The notes: generated by a model from the sequence alone, not told the origin. A stretch of DNA of 55,777 nt from Chiloscyllium plagiosum (GCF_004010195.1 NC_057718.1:85557625-85613401); one strand, 5' to 3'; positions 1 through 13,700 are shown, counted from the first letter of the stretch. Numbers and translations: made by a program.

Positions 1-1746
1 CTCTCAGGCTCGCATCCTTCCTGTTGGACTCGGCAAATGGCTCTATGCAGCACACAGACAAGGCAGGAGAGAGAGGGCAGCCCGGTCTGACTCCAGATCT
101 GACTGGGAAGCTATCTGATTCCCACCCATTGATTGAGACTGCACTGACAATGTTGGTGAAGAGCAGTCTGACCCAATTGCAGATTCCCTCCCCAAAGTCC
201 ATTTTGGAGAGAACATCTCTCATATACGTAAGTGATATCCTGTCAAAAGCTTTCTCCTGGTCCAGGCTGATGAGGCAGGTGTCTAGCTGCCTGTCCTGCA
301 CGTAGGCGATCATATCCCTGAGGAGTGCGAGACTCTCAGCGATCTTCCTGCCCGGTACAGCATAGGTTTGGTCAGGGTGAATCACCGACCCCAGAGCAGA
401 CCTGACCCAGTTGGCGATGACTTTTGCCAAGATTTTGTAATCCACATTCAATAGTGATATTGGTCTCCAATTTCTGATTTCCTCCCTCTCCCCCTTCCGC
501 TTGTAGATGAGGGTGATGATGCCTTTCCTCATGGATTCACTCATGGTACCTGCCAGAAGCATACTGACATACAGCTCCAGCAGGTCCTGGCCAATCAAGT
601 CCCACAGAGCAGAATAGAGCTCAACCGGTAAGCCGTCGCTTCCGGGAGTTTTATTCTTTTCGAAGGACTCGATGGCCTTGGCCAGCTCATCCAGACATGT
701 GGCTGGTCCAGCCTCTCCCGTGTTCTGTTGTCTAAGACCTCTGTGATAGAGGACAGGAACGACAGGGTTGGCTTCGAGTCATACAGACTGGCATAGAAGG
801 ACTTGCTGATCCTCATGACGTCAGCCTGAGATGACGTTACGGAGCCATCTTCTTCCTTCAGGCTGCTGAGCATGATCTCTCTTTGTGCACTTTCTGGAAG
901 AAGAAATTGAGCAAGTCTCGTCCTGCTCCACAGAGCGGACCCCAGACCGGAATATTATCTTGCAGGCCTCGGAGGCAAAGAGCGAGGCTTGCTGGCCCTT
1001 GACCTCCTGGAGGTTCTCCATGACATCGACCCCCATTGTTTGCAGCAGGAGTAGGTTCTGCATACTTTCCTGGAGTTGGGACAGTTTTCCCAACCTCTCT
1101 CTCGCCTCCTGAACACCTTTGAGGATGAAGAACCTCTTGATGTTCCCTTTTACTGTTTCCCACCAGTCCGCTGGGGACTCAAAGAGGGGCTTCACAGTTC
1201 TCCGTCCTGCGTAGTCCCTCTTGAGCTCCTCAATGTTTCCCGGGCTCAACAGCTTGGTGTTCAGCTTCCACGTTCCCTTACCAGCCCGCTGCTCATCCTG
1301 TAGGTGACAGTCGGCCAGCAGGAGGCAGTGGTCAGAAAAGAACACTGGCTTGACGTCAGTGGATCTGACCGAGAACGTTCGGGACACAAACAGGTAATCT
1401 ATCCTTGAGCGGATAGACCCGTCTGCCCGTGACCAGGTGTATCTACGCTGCGCTCCGTCTGCAGGGGTGAAGACGTCGTGCAGCTTGGCATCTTTGACCG
1501 TTTCCATCAGGACTCTGGACATGGTGTCCAGCTTACTGTCCCTGCCGCCGGATCGTCCATCTGCATCAATGATACAGTTGAAGTCTCCGGCCAGAATGAC
1601 CAGCCTGGACATAGCCAGCAACAGTGGAAGCTGCTGCAGGACGGCCAACCGTTCACTCTTACCCATTGGGGTGTACACATTAATCAGTCTCAGGGGAGCG
1701 TACATGACATCAGTGAGGAGGAGGCGCCGCCCATCATCTCCTTAAC
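1..1746 (-). mobile_element. Tx1-clade (L1 superfamily) non-LTR retrotransposon ORF2 fragment, APE endonuclease + reverse transcriptase; 5'-truncated, frameshifted, runs off the left edge
   Basis: ORF 821-1705(-) has APE motifs LINVY, ILAGDFN, YTW..RSRIDYLFVS, FFSDH, WKLN. The minus strand over 1-520 reads RT motifs WRPISLLNVDYKILAKV, SLDQEKAFD and SGVRPGCPLSP. Confidence 0.9.
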
Positions 1747-2700
1747 CACATCAAAACAGTAGCAGGTAAACTGTGAGGTAGACTCGGCATCAACAGGGCA
1801 GTAAGCAATTCTGCTTACAGGAAAGGTGGTACATAAAAGTTGCCATTAATGTGATGGTAACTGGTAAACTGATATGGAAACTCATCCCCATCAGTGGAAC
1901 ATTTACAATAAACACCCCTCAATAGGATGTCAACAGGTTAACTGACAGGTAAATTCCCTAACCATTGGATAACAACAGATAAACTCACCAGTAAACTCCA
2001 TGTAAATAAGCAAGTTACAGCAAAACTGATAGGGACATTCCCCTCCATTGGACAGAAAAGGTAAACCCACAAGTAAACTCCCATCAGTAGGACATTAATA
2101 GGTACGCTTTTATCAATAAGGCAGTTATAGGTGAACTCACCATCAGTAGGACAGTTACATGTAAACACCCCCAGCAATAGATAAGTTACAGATAAATAAT
2201 TCCTCAGTCAGACAGTTACAGGTGAACTCCCAGTGGAACATTTACAGGTAAACTTCCCGTCAATTGGGCATTAACAGATAAATTAACCATCAGTGGGACA
2301 GTTACAAGTAAACTTACCATCAAAGGGTTAGTAACTGGTGAACCCTCATCAGTGAAACAGCTATAGGTGAACTCTCCATCAGTCACACAGTTACAAGTAA
2401 ACTCACCATCAATCGGACAGTAACAGGTAAATTCACCATTAGTGGAACTGTTACAGGTGAAGTACCCATCAGTGATACAGTTATAGATGAACCCCATCAG
2501 TTGGTTATTTACAGGTGAACTCCTCATCAGTGGCAGTGTTACTGTTAAATTCCACATCAGGGGACAGTTTCAGCTAAACTCACCATCACTAGGGCAGTTA
2601 CAGATAAAGTCATCAGTTGGACAGTCACAGCTGGACTACCCACATTTAGGACAGTTTAAGTGAACTCCCATCAGTTGGACAATACAGAAACACTGCCATT
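1747..2700. repeat. Degenerate tandem array (minisatellite), unit ~30 bp, consensus about CCATCAGTGGGACAGTTACAGGTAAACTCA, roughly 30 copies
   Basis: Successive units are visible, e.g. ccatcagtcacacagttacaagtaaactca / ccatcaatcggacagtaacaggtaaattca / ccattagtggaactgttacaggtgaagtac. The array gives a 10-aa periodicity in the ORF track. Confidence 0.92.
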
Positions 2701-3339
2701 AGAGTTATAAGAGATGTAAAGCACAGAAAACCAATTCTTCAGTCCAACTCATCCATGCGGACCAGATATCTTAACCAAATCTAGTCCTATTTGTCAGCAT
2801 TTCACCCATATCCTTTTAAATTCATATACCCATTCAGATGCTTTTTAAATGTTGTAATTGTACCAGCCTCTACCACTTCCTCTGGCAGGTCATTCCATAC
2901 ATAACCTCTGCGTGAAAAAGCTGCCCCTTAGGTCTCTTTTAAATCTTTCCCCCCTCACCTTAAACTTACTCCCTCTTGTTTTGATCTCCCCCATCCCAGC
3001 AAAAACACCTTGTCTATTTACCCTGTCCATGCCCCTTGTGGTTTTGTAAACCTCTATGAGGTTACCCCTCAGCCTCTGAAATTCTGGGGAAAATAGCCCC
3101 AGCCTGTTCAGCCTCTCCTTATAGCCCAAGCCCTCCAACCCTGGCAACATCTTTGCAAACCCTTTCTGAACCCTTTCAAGTTTCACAACATCCTTCCTAT
3201 AGGAAGGAGACCAGATTTGCACACAAGTATTCTAAAATTGGACTAATCTATGTCCTATACTGCTGCAACATGCCCTCCCAATTCCTATTCTCAAAGATCT
3301 GACCAATAAAGGAAAACATACTAAACACCTTCTTCACTA
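2701..3339 (-). mobile_element. CR1-type LINE 3' fragment (RT C-terminus + 3' tail), part 1
   Basis: ORF 2890-3222(-) QIWSPSYRKDVVKLERVQKGFAKMLPGLEGLGYKERLNRLGLFS...TRGSKFKVRGERF is typical of the CR1 ORF2 C-terminus. Confidence 0.88.
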
Positions 3340-4207
3340 AGCGAATGCGAGGACTGCAGATGTTGGAGAAGAGAGTCAAGAGGGTGATGCTTGAAAAGCA
3401 TACAGGTGAGGTAGCATCCGAGGAGCAGGAGAATCGACATTTTGGGCAAAAGCTCTTCATCAGGAATGAGGCTGTGAGCCGAGGGGGTAGAGAGATATAT
3501 GGGGGGGGGGGGGGAGACAGGGGAGAAGGTAGGTCGGAGAGGAGGGTGGAGCAGATAGGTGGGAAGGAAGATAGAAGGTTGGAACTGGGATAGGGTGAGG
3601 GGAAGGGAAATTGGGTAACTAGTGAAATTCACATTGATCCCGTCTGGTTGGAGGTCCCAAGGCGAAAGATGAGGCTTTCTTCCTCCAGAGGTCAGGTGGT
3701 GAGGGAGTGGCAATGGAGGAGGCCCAGGACTCGCACGTCCTTGGCGGAATGGGAGGGGGAGTTGAAGGGTTTGGCCATGGGGCGGTGGGGTTGGTTGATA
3801 CGGGTGTCCCTGAGATGTTCTCTGAAGTGCTCTGCAAGTAGGCATCCTGTCCTCCCCAATGTAGAGGAGACCACATCGGGAGCAAGGGACACAGTAACTG
3901 ACATGTGTGGAAGTGCAGGAAAAGCTCTGATGGATGTGCAAGGCTCCTTTGGAGTATTAGACAAAGGTTAGGGGGGAGGTGTGGGCACAAGTTTTGCAAT
4001 TCCTGTACTGGCAGAGTAAGGTGTCAGGAAGGAAGGGTGAGTTGGGGTGGGGGCATGGACCTAACAAGGGAATTGCAGAGGGAATGGTCTTTACAGAAAG
4101 CAGATAGGGGTGGGGAGGGAAATATATCTCTGGTAGTGAGGTCCATTTGTAGGTAGCGGAAATGGTGGAGGATGATTTGATGTACGGAGGTTGGTGGAGT
4201 GGTACCC
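3340..4207 (-). mobile_element. Penelope-like element fragment (GIY-YIG endonuclease + 3' end with decayed hammerhead), flanked by a 14-bp TSD
   Basis: ORF 3321-3941(-) [24 protein letters not shown]. The direct repeat CACCTTCTTCACTA occurs at 3326-3339 and 4208-4221. Confidence 0.88.
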
Positions 4208-4350
4208 CACCTTCTTCACTATCCTATCTACCAGCATTCTAAAGTCATTTTATTCAGCAACACTTCACAGGACCTTACCATTAAGTGCATAAGTCCTACC
4301 CTCATTTGCCTTTCCAAAATGCAGCAAGTCACATTTATCTAAATTAAACT
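4208..4350 (-). mobile_element. CR1-type LINE fragment, part 2 (continuation after the PLE insertion)
   Basis: The sequence resumes after the TSD and carries the CR1 RT 'FNLDKC..LHFGK' segment on the minus strand. Confidence 0.75.
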
Positions 4351-4449
4351 CCCCTCATTAGTGGGACAATTACAGGTAAAATCACATCAGTTGGACAGTT
4401 ACAGGTAAACTCACCCTCAGTTGGACATTTTCAGGCAACCTCACCACCA
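4351..4449. repeat. Remainder (~3 units) of the 30-bp tandem array
   Basis: ctcattagtgggacaattacaggtaaaatca / catcagttggacagttacaggtaaactca / ccctcagttggacattttcaggcaacctca. Confidence 0.88.
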
Positions 4450-4780
4450 AGGCGTGAGTTAGAGGAAACCCCGCCCCTTTCCGTTTGGCAGTTGCCGCCC
4501 GTCGTGCGCGCGCCCCTCGACGTCCCGTTGTGACTTGCGCCGCGGTGACGTAGTTGACTGCGCGCACCGCCGTTCCCAGTGTGGGCGGCTGGCCTCGGGC
4601 TGCGTTGTCCAGTGGAGCGGAGCCCGGGATCATGAAGGAGGCGGAAGGTCTGCGGCAGCGCCGGCCACAGCAGCCGCAGGTCGTTTCTGATGAATCGCGG
4701 GACGCTGAGACCAAGCATGTGAGGTAGCGGCTGAGTAAGGGATATTGGGGGATGTCGTGGCGGTGGCGGTGGCGGTCATA
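4450..4780 (+). promoter_or_regulatory. APMAP: CpG-island, TATA-less promoter and first exon region of APMAP
   Basis: CpG/GC-rich stretch in an otherwise CpG-depleted window. GC boxes CCCCGCCCC 4469-4477 and GGGCGG 4583-4588, CRE-like TGACGT 4546-4551; the ATG at 4632 has A at -3. Confidence 0.8.
4632..4723 (+). CDS. APMAP: APMAP exon 1 (coding part) [30 protein letters not shown](S)
   Basis: ATG at 4632; donor AG|gtagcg in phase 2, matching exon 2. Confidence 0.92.
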
Positions 4781-7700
4781 TAACAACCCTTTGACAGTAA
4801 CCTTGCTAACTGGGTTCCTTAATGTAATAGACTGGGTTTGCCCCTTCTTTAGAGGTCAATATTAACAGAATGGGAGATAAGATTTAGTCCGCTGTTCCAA
4901 CATTCTACAAGATCATGGCTGATGTGGTTATCTTCCATCCCTCACTTTCTTGTCTGCCCGCCACTGTCTGCATTGAGTAAATTAATAAACGCAGACTTCA
5001 AAGCTTTCTGGGGAGATAATTTGACATAATAACAAGGCCCTGGTAGAAAAGAAATCTGTCTCTAAATGAACACCTTTTATGAAACTGTGATCCTTATATT
5101 TCTCTCTCTCTTTCTCACATAATGATTCCTTGATGAAGGGCTTATGTTTGAAATGTTGATTCTCCTGCTCCTGGGATGCTGCCTGACCTGCTCTGCTTTC
5201 CCAGCACCACACTCTCCACCTGCACAATATATGACATGGTTGTGGTACTTTCCCAACAAAGTCACCTCAGGATTTTGTGTATTTCAAAAGATCACCTGTC
5301 ATATTTTTACAACTCCAGTAGGTAAAGACACCTCCATCCCTGACATGGGAGTGTTTGATGGGGATAATGTAGTTGGAATGTTTACTCGATCTAACCCTAT
5401 GCTGTATCTGTTTAATAGGGACAGTATAGTTTGTTATGTTCTGCTTAGGGTAAATGGAGCTTTGCTATTAGTCTGAAAGAGTGGGAATAGAAATGTGACT
5501 AAATGTATTGAGGGTATGTGGTTTATATGGTTTACAAGGATTTCGCTAAGGCCTTTGACAAACTCCCATGTGGAAGGCTGGTCCCAAAGGTAAGAAGCCA
5601 TGGCATCCAAAGTAAGTTGGCAAACTGGATCCAAATTTGGCTTGGAAATAGGAGGTAAAGGTTGATGTTGGAGGATTGCTTTTGTGATTGGAAGTCTGTG
5701 AGCAGTGGTATACCACAGAGATCACTGCTGGTACCCTTGCTCTTTATATACATGACAACTTGGATGCTCATGCAGAAGGTATGATTGGTAAATTTTCAGA
5801 TGACATGAAAATTGGTGGTGGTGTTGATAGGAGGATTGTCTGAGGCTACAGTCTGATATTGTTCAGCTGGCGAATTGGCTTGTGCAATGACAGATGGAAT
5901 TTAACCTTAATAAGTGTGAGGTGATGCATTTTGGGAGGTCTGATAAAAGAAGAGAATACACAATGAATGGTAGATCCCGAAGGAGTACCAAGGAACAAAA
6001 GTACTTTGGCGTACAAGTCCATGGATCTCTGAAGATGTCAACACAGGTAAACAAGGTGGTGGAGAAAGCATTTGGGATTGACGGGGTGTAGAATATAGTA
6101 AGGAAGTCTTGTTACGATTTTATAAAATATTGGTTAGCTCTGAGATGTAATGCTGTGTGTAGTTCTGGTTGCTACACCATCAGAAGGACGTGATTGCACT
6201 GGAGAGGATGCGGAAGAAATTCACCAGGATATTGACTGGGATTGCTTTCCTTCGAGCAGATGAGGCTGAGGCAGGATCTGATTGAAATATACTGCATATA
6301 GGAAGCATTATCAGGGCAGATCATGAAAATCTTTTCCCCTTGTTGAAGATCAGAGGGCATAAGTTTAAGGTGAGGAGTCAGGGGTTAGATGAGATCAGAG
6401 GAAAATATATTCTCACCCAGAGAATGGTAGAAATATGGAGCACGCTGCCTAAGAAGGTGTTGGAGGCAGGTAATCTCACAGTATTTAAGAAGCATTGGGA
6501 CAAGCACGTAAAGCAACAGGCCTAGTGCAGGTAAATTGGATTAGTAGTTTGGTGTTTGTTAGTTGGGATAGATATGATGGGCCAAAAGGCCTGTATGAAT
6601 GTTCAATTTTCCTTTGTAAGATAAATCCTTCATCCCAGGAGTGAGCTGAGTGAGTCGTCTTTGAGCTGCTTCAAATGCAATTATGTATTTTTTTAAATAA
6701 GGAAATCAGAACTGTACACAGTGTTCTAGATGTGGTTTCATCAAGGCCAAATAGACCTCCTTAGATACATTTCATTCCTCATGCAATAAACGCTAACATT
6801 CTATTAGCTTCCTAATCTCGTCAATTTTTTACATGTTAACTTGTACCAGGATACCCAAGATTCCTTTGTGCCTCTGAGTTCTGAAATTTCTTTACATGCA
6901 AATTGTATACTGTTGTTCATAAGATCACTCCCTCATCCGGTTATCAGTCAAGTAAACATTCTCTGAATTGTTTCTAATCCAATTATACGTACTTTTAAAA
7001 ACCAAAACTGCATGTGAAACTTCAGATGTCGTTTCACCAAAGCTCTGTAGAACTATAGGAAACCATTGCTGTTTTACGTTTCATTCCCTTGAAATAAATG
7101 ACAGTTTGTTTCCATTCCTTATCATTTTCTGTTTGTACATTCTAACATTTTGTGAACACTTATGAACTGGGCACCCAGAATTTTCTGTACTTCAGAGTTC
7201 TGTAATCTCTCCCCATTTAGATAATATGCTGCTTTTCCATAATTCCAGCCAAAATGGACAATTCACATTTTCTGAGATTTTATTTTATCTAAGTATTTTT
7301 CCGATTCATTAAGTCTGCAAGACTCTCTATCCTCCTCATTGACAACTTACTCGCTTCTTTATCTTGGTGTCATTGGCAAATTTAGCTACCATTCATTTGA
7401 TCTCTTCGTCAAAGTCATTGACTGTTTACAATAGATGTCAGTGTCACACCACTGATCCTTGAGGCAGTCTGCTAGTTTTAGCTAGTCATGCTGAGAACAG
7501 CCTATTTATCTCTACTGTTAAAAAATTACACAACATCAGGTTATAGTCCAACAGGTTTATTTGGAAGCACTAGCTTTCAGAGTGCTGCGCCTTCATCGGT
7601 GGTCGTCCTGCCTCCGATGTCCACCGAATCCAACACCGGCTCCTCCACGTCATACCCCTACTGTGTATTCCCTGTTCAGGAATCAATTCTTTATTCATGC

Positions 7701-10700
7701 TGTTATTTTCTGTAGTAACTTTTGATGCAGCACCCTATTATTTGCCTTTTGGAGCTTGAAGTACAGATTTTCCTTTATCCATCTTGCTTCTTACTTCCTC
7801 AAAAAATCTCTTGTAGATGAGTTAAACGCCATTTTTCTTTCATAAAGCCATGTTGACTCTGCTTGATCATGTTACGATTTTCTAAGTACTGTATCTTGCT
7901 GCAATCACAATAATGGATTCTAGCAATTTTCCTATGGCAGCTGTATATACTAGCCTATAATTTTTGTTTTCTGACTCTGTCCTTAAATAACGGTGTAATA
8001 TTTGCTTTTTTATCATTTCTGGCACCTTTCCAGAAGGAAAGGGTTTTGGAACATTGTCAGTAATGTCTTTTCTTTTCAAGGTTTTTAGATGAAGGTCATC
8101 CAATTCTGGTGACTTAGTTTATAGATTCAATAATTTTCTCAGCAGCTCTTCCCTGGTGATAGTGATTGGTTAAGGTGGCTCCTTCATGCTCACCTTATCT
8201 TTGGAAGGTTTTCTAACCTTCTTCAGCAAAGACATCCATAAAATACCTGTTCAATACCTCTGCCATTTTCTTGTTTTTCATTATCGATTCCCCAGACTCA
8301 CACTCTGAAGGACCGACATTGGCTTCAGTTACTCTTTTCCTATTTAAATATTTGCAGAAATTGTTGTGTCTCCTTTTATATTACAAGTTATCTTTTTCCC
8401 TTTTTCAAGTCATTGTTTGCCCCTTGAAATCTGACCAATATTTTGACCTATCACTGATCTTTGCAGATTTGTAGTGCGTCTTTCAATTTGAATGGATCTT
8501 TAACTTCCTTATTTAACTACAGATGATTCTTTTTCATTGAGATAAACCTTTGCCAAGAGTTATTTAATATCTACCACCACATCTCTGGTGCCCTATCTTT
8601 TAACCTAGTTCTTCAGTTTTCTTTTGCTAACTCTGCCTTTGTAACCTTATTCAGGTTTAGAACACTTGTCTTGGACCCATACTTCTACCCAGGAAACTGA
8701 AAGTGAATTTTCTGCAAAGGTTTCCCACAGTTGCAGGGTGGTATGTATTTAATAGGTTTCTTGCATTGGAAACTTGTGTGATTGTTAGTGGAAAGCATGT
8801 TATGGAGAGGTAAGTATGTTGTGCAGTCCTAGATATGAACCATGTCGGGTGGGTTAAGTAGGGAAATATATTGTTTTTATTTTGTGTTATGAGTATCTTG
8901 GATTAGGCCAGATTTGTTGCTTGTTCCTAACTCCTCTTGAAAAGGTGATGATGAGCTATCTTCTTGAACTAATGCAGTCAGTCTATCTTGTCTATGTATG
9001 TACACCCAGAATGCTGTTGGAAAATGAGTTTCAGGATTTTAACTTGGTTGGCAGTAAAAGAACATCAATATAGTATCAGACTGGATTGTTTTTGGCTTGG
9101 TGATGTTTCCTTGTATCACGTGCCATTGTCCTTCAAGGATGTAAGTTTACAGGTTTCCAGGTACTGTGGAGGAACCTTGGTGAGTTCCTGCAGTGCATCT
9201 TATAGAAGATGCGTACTTTTGCCTCCAACATTTGTTTGAACGCGGTGCCAGTTGTCCAGGCTGTTTTATCCTAGATTGTGTTGAGCCTCTTGAATGTTTT
9301 TGGAGTTGTTTGATTCAGGCAAGTAAAAGAGTATTCTTTCGTACTTCTGACTTTTGCCTTGTAGATGGTGAACGGGATTTGGAGAAGTAGGAGCTGAGTT
9401 ACTTGTCACATATTGATTTTAATGGGTTTGTCATCACAGTCACCTTGCATAGGCAGTTGACTATTTATTGCTATTTTCTGATATTTTATTGAGAAGCTGC
9501 AGTTTAGGTATGATTCATTAGTCATTTAGGCAAAAAAAGGAAATATGTGACCTCTGACAGATGAGAATGCTTTGCTGATACCTGAACCATTGAAAACACA
9601 GGAGTAGAGACAGCATACTCCCACGTTTGTGGTCTGACATCTCTTGTGATGGTCACTAGTAGTATTTGGTGGTTTCAGTACCAACAGTCTTTGTTCTTCC
9701 ATTTGGTTGATGACCTGTTGATTGATGTACCTTATTTTGGGAACTGGCCATCAAAATTACTTTAATCAGCTGTCTCAACCCTCTTGGCCCTTGGACATGA
9801 GACTGCTCCCTACTATGTCAGATGACAGTTCTTCCTTTGCCTTCCTCTATCTACAGGTGTGTTTTCATTCTTTCTAAGATCAAAATCTTATCTTTGATAT
9901 ACTGCATTAATGTGAGTAGGGTGGCACCTAATAAATCTTGGAGAATCAGAGTTTTGATTCTTATGGTATCTTTTCTGTTTTCATTTAGAGATTTGTTTGT
10001 TTGAAGAAGGCTATGTATGAATGTGACAGTTAGATAAGGTCTCATTCTACACAGGAAGTATCAAATATGGAATGCTGAGTTAACACCGATTGGAAGAAGA
10101 CCGCTAGTTCTCAACAGAGAACTTTCAGCATTTATACTGCTCTTTTACTGATGGTGTTATACAGCTGTTCCAATTAAGATTCTGGTCAATGATAACTTCC
10201 TGGGATGCTACTAACAGTTAAAATGGTTCATGCTGTTTGGGGATTTATTAATGGTTTGAATGCAATGATGCATTAGGATTCCTCTTTCCCACCATGTGAT
10301 ATCTTGTTCATTGTAGAAATTGCATGTAGTCTACATGAGAGAACATAGAAAATATAGAAATATAGAAGATGGGAGCAGGAGTCAACAATTTGACCCCTTG
10401 AGTTTCCTGTGCCATTCATTATGACCCTGGCTGATCAGCAAGCTCAATACACTAATCCTGTCCTAAAAGTTTTACCCCTAATCTTTAAACTGTGACTTCT
10501 TGTTCTGGACTCTCCCACCATCGGGAACATCGATCCTGCATCAAAGCTGTCTAGAATTGTCTAGATTTCTGAGATCCCACCTCATTCTTCTAAACTCCAG
10601 TGAATACAATCCTAACTGACTCAATTCCTCCTACATCAATCCTGCTGTACGCGAAATCAATTTGTTGAATGTTTGCTGCACCCCCTCTATAGGAAGGACA

Positions 10701-13700
10701 TCCTTTCTGTGATAAGGAGATCAAAACTTCACACACTATTCCAGTTGTGGCCTCACCAATGCCCTGTATACTTGCGGTAGACATCTTATACTCGAATCTT
10801 CTTACTGGAAAGGTCAATGTACAGTTGCCTTCTTTACTACCCACTGCTCCTGTATGCATACTTTTAGTGACTGGTGCACAAGGATACCTTGGTCTCGTTG
10901 AACATTTCACCACCTCAATTTGCAAGCATTCAGATATTAATCTGCATTCCTATTCTTTGCTACCGGAGTGAATAACTCCATATTTATCCACATGATACTG
11001 CATCTACCTTTTGCTCAGCCTGTTCAAATCACACTTAATTTCTGCATCCTTCTCAGCTCACACTTCCACCAAGTTTTGCATCATTTGCAAATATTCAGAT
11101 AATGCATTTAGTTTACTCATTTAATCAGTAACATATTTAATAAATAACAGGGGTCATTGTGTCAAACCTGACTAGTCACGACCTGCCGAACATTTATTCC
11201 TACTGTTTTCTGTCTGTAACTAATTTTCTAACCATCTCAATACACTTTCCCCAATCTCAAATGCTTTAATTTTATGCACTGATTTCTTACGTGGGACTAT
11301 ATTGAAATGCTTCTGAAAATCCAAGTAAACCACATCCACTATCAACCGTACTAGTTGCATCCTCAAAGAATTCCAATAGCTTTGTTAAACATGATTTCCC
11401 TTTTGGAAATCCATGCTAACTGTGACTAATTTTCCTAATGTTTTCTAACTGTTCTGCTGTAGAACCCTTGGTAATAAACTCTAGCATTTTCTCTTTTTGT
11501 GATGTCAGACTCACAGGCCTATATTCCATTTTCTGTACCCTTTTTAAACATTAGCTACCTCTCAATCTATAGGAACTGTGCCAGAGTCTATAGAACGTTA
11601 GAAGACGACAACCAATGCATCCACTGTTTCTTGGGCCACTAGGGATTTCTTAACCTTCACTTCCATCGATTTCTGCAACATCATTTTTGTGCTAATACAG
11701 ATTTGCTTCTGTTTCTCTATCATTTGTGGTATACGTTATTCATCTCCTCCTTTATGAATACAGAGGGAATTTAATTGGTCACCCGTGTCTTTGTTCCCCA
11801 TTATAAGTCCCCTTGTTCCCTTAAGGGACCGTCATTAATTTTCACCAATCCTTTTCTCTTTACGTATCTATAGAAACCTTTATGGTCAGTTCTTACATTC
11901 CCTGTAAGCTTACTCTCATACTCTATTTTCCCCTTCTTGATCATTCCCTTGGTCCCCTTTTGACTTCTAAGCTGTTCCCAATGCTCAGGCCTATTATTTT
12001 TATTCTTGCTAATTTGTATACTTCATTTTTGTATCTCATACTATCTTTAACTTTTCATTATTCTCTTTGCACTTTTGCATCAGACAGTAATAAACAATTT
12101 TTGTAGTTCACCCATTTGATCTTTGGATAGGCAATGGCAAACACTAAATGTCGTTCCTTTCATTAACATTTTCCAATCCATCATAACCAGCTTATAACAT
12201 TGTAGTTTCCCTTAAGTCTCAAAATCAACTACCTCACTCTCCATCTTGATGAAAAATTGTATCATGTTATCGTCATTCAACTTCACTGTGTCTCTCACAA
12301 TTGTGTTACCAATTATTCCTTTCTCATTGCATAATACCCAGTGTCAGATGGTCTGTTCCTCAACGTATTGGTACAGAAAACTATCCCATATACAGTCTAG
12401 GAATCCCTATTCTACAGTATTGTGACTAATTTGATTTGCCAAATTTATATGCAGATTAAAGACATCCGTGTTACATACTCCTATACTGCATGCATCTCTG
12501 ATTTCCTGTTTATTGCCGTTCCCACCATCACCATTACACTTGGTGGTCTATATACCACCTGTACGAGTGTTTTTTGGTATTTTTCCAGTCTACACATATG
12601 GATTTTACATTGTCTGAGCTAATATCTTTGCTAAATATTGTGTTTATATCTTCTTTAACCAGTAATGCAAGTCCTTTTCCTTTTTGTCTATCCTTCCAAA
12701 ATACTGAACACCTCGGATATACATTTCCTAACCTGCCTATCGCCCTGCAGCTTTGTCTCCGTAATCCCAACCATATCATACCCATTTCCATCTATTTGCG
12801 CAATAATTTGTCTGCTTTATTTTGAATGCTCTGTGCATTCAGGAAAAGCCTTAAGGCTTGTCTTTTTAACATTGCTTGTTCCATTCCCACTATATTTTAC
12901 TATGGCCTTGTTTGACTCTGGTCCTTGATCCCTCTGCCTATCACTTCTCTGATTCCCCTTGCTGACTTTTGTTCTTGTCCTTGATTACCCTCCCTGTAAC
13001 TCCTTGCAAAGGTTTCCATTCCCCTGTCAATTTAGTTTAGACCCTCCACTACTCTAGCAAATAAGACTCAGTCATGCCCAGGTGTAATCTGTCCAGTTTG
13101 TATTGGTCATGCCTTCTCTAGAACCAGTCCCAAAGCCTTGGGAATCTGAAAGCCTTCCTCTTACGCAATTTCTTTAGCCATATATTCATCCAATATATCC
13201 TGTTTCTATGCTGACCAGCATGTGGCACTGGTAATAATCCTGAGATCACTTTGAGGTCCTACTTTTCAGTTTGCTTCCTAACTTGCTGTGTTCTGCTTTT
13301 AGAACTTTTTTTTACATTGTGTACCTGTGTACCTTGTATACCATGACTGGGTGTTAACCCTCCCTGCCTCCAGGATGTCCTGTGACTGCTCTGCGACATC
13401 CTTGACCCTGGCACCAGGGAGGCAACATGCTATCCTGGAGTCTCATTTGTGACTGCAGAATCATCTAACTATTCCCCTAACAATTGAATCCCCTATGACT
13501 ATTGCAATTCCACTCTTTTTGCCCATCCCCTGTGCAGCAGAACCAACTGTGGTATCACGAACGTGGCTGTTGCAGTTTCCCCCTGAGAGGCTGTTTCACT
13601 CTACAAGGAGTGAAAGGAAGTGGTAATGAGACTAGTGAAGCAACAAAAGTTGGATCTAGAGGAATTGCAAATGGCAACAGAATTATTACCAGAATATAAA

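Noticed and set aside
1938..2557. ORFs with EGF-like 'DGEFTCNCxT' Cys repeats
   Set aside because: Translation artefact of the 30-bp repeat. The frame shifts repeatedly with unit-length changes, and there is no splice or other gene context.
1747..2700. CRISPR-like appearance of the ~30-bp periodic array
   Set aside because: Units are head-to-tail degenerate copies with no unique spacers, there are no cas genes, and the context is a vertebrate genome.
4382..4786. Antisense ORFs of 134 aa and 95 aa over the promoter
   Set aside because: Low-complexity Arg/Ala-rich shadows of the GC-rich island and APMAP exon 1, with no recognisable domain.
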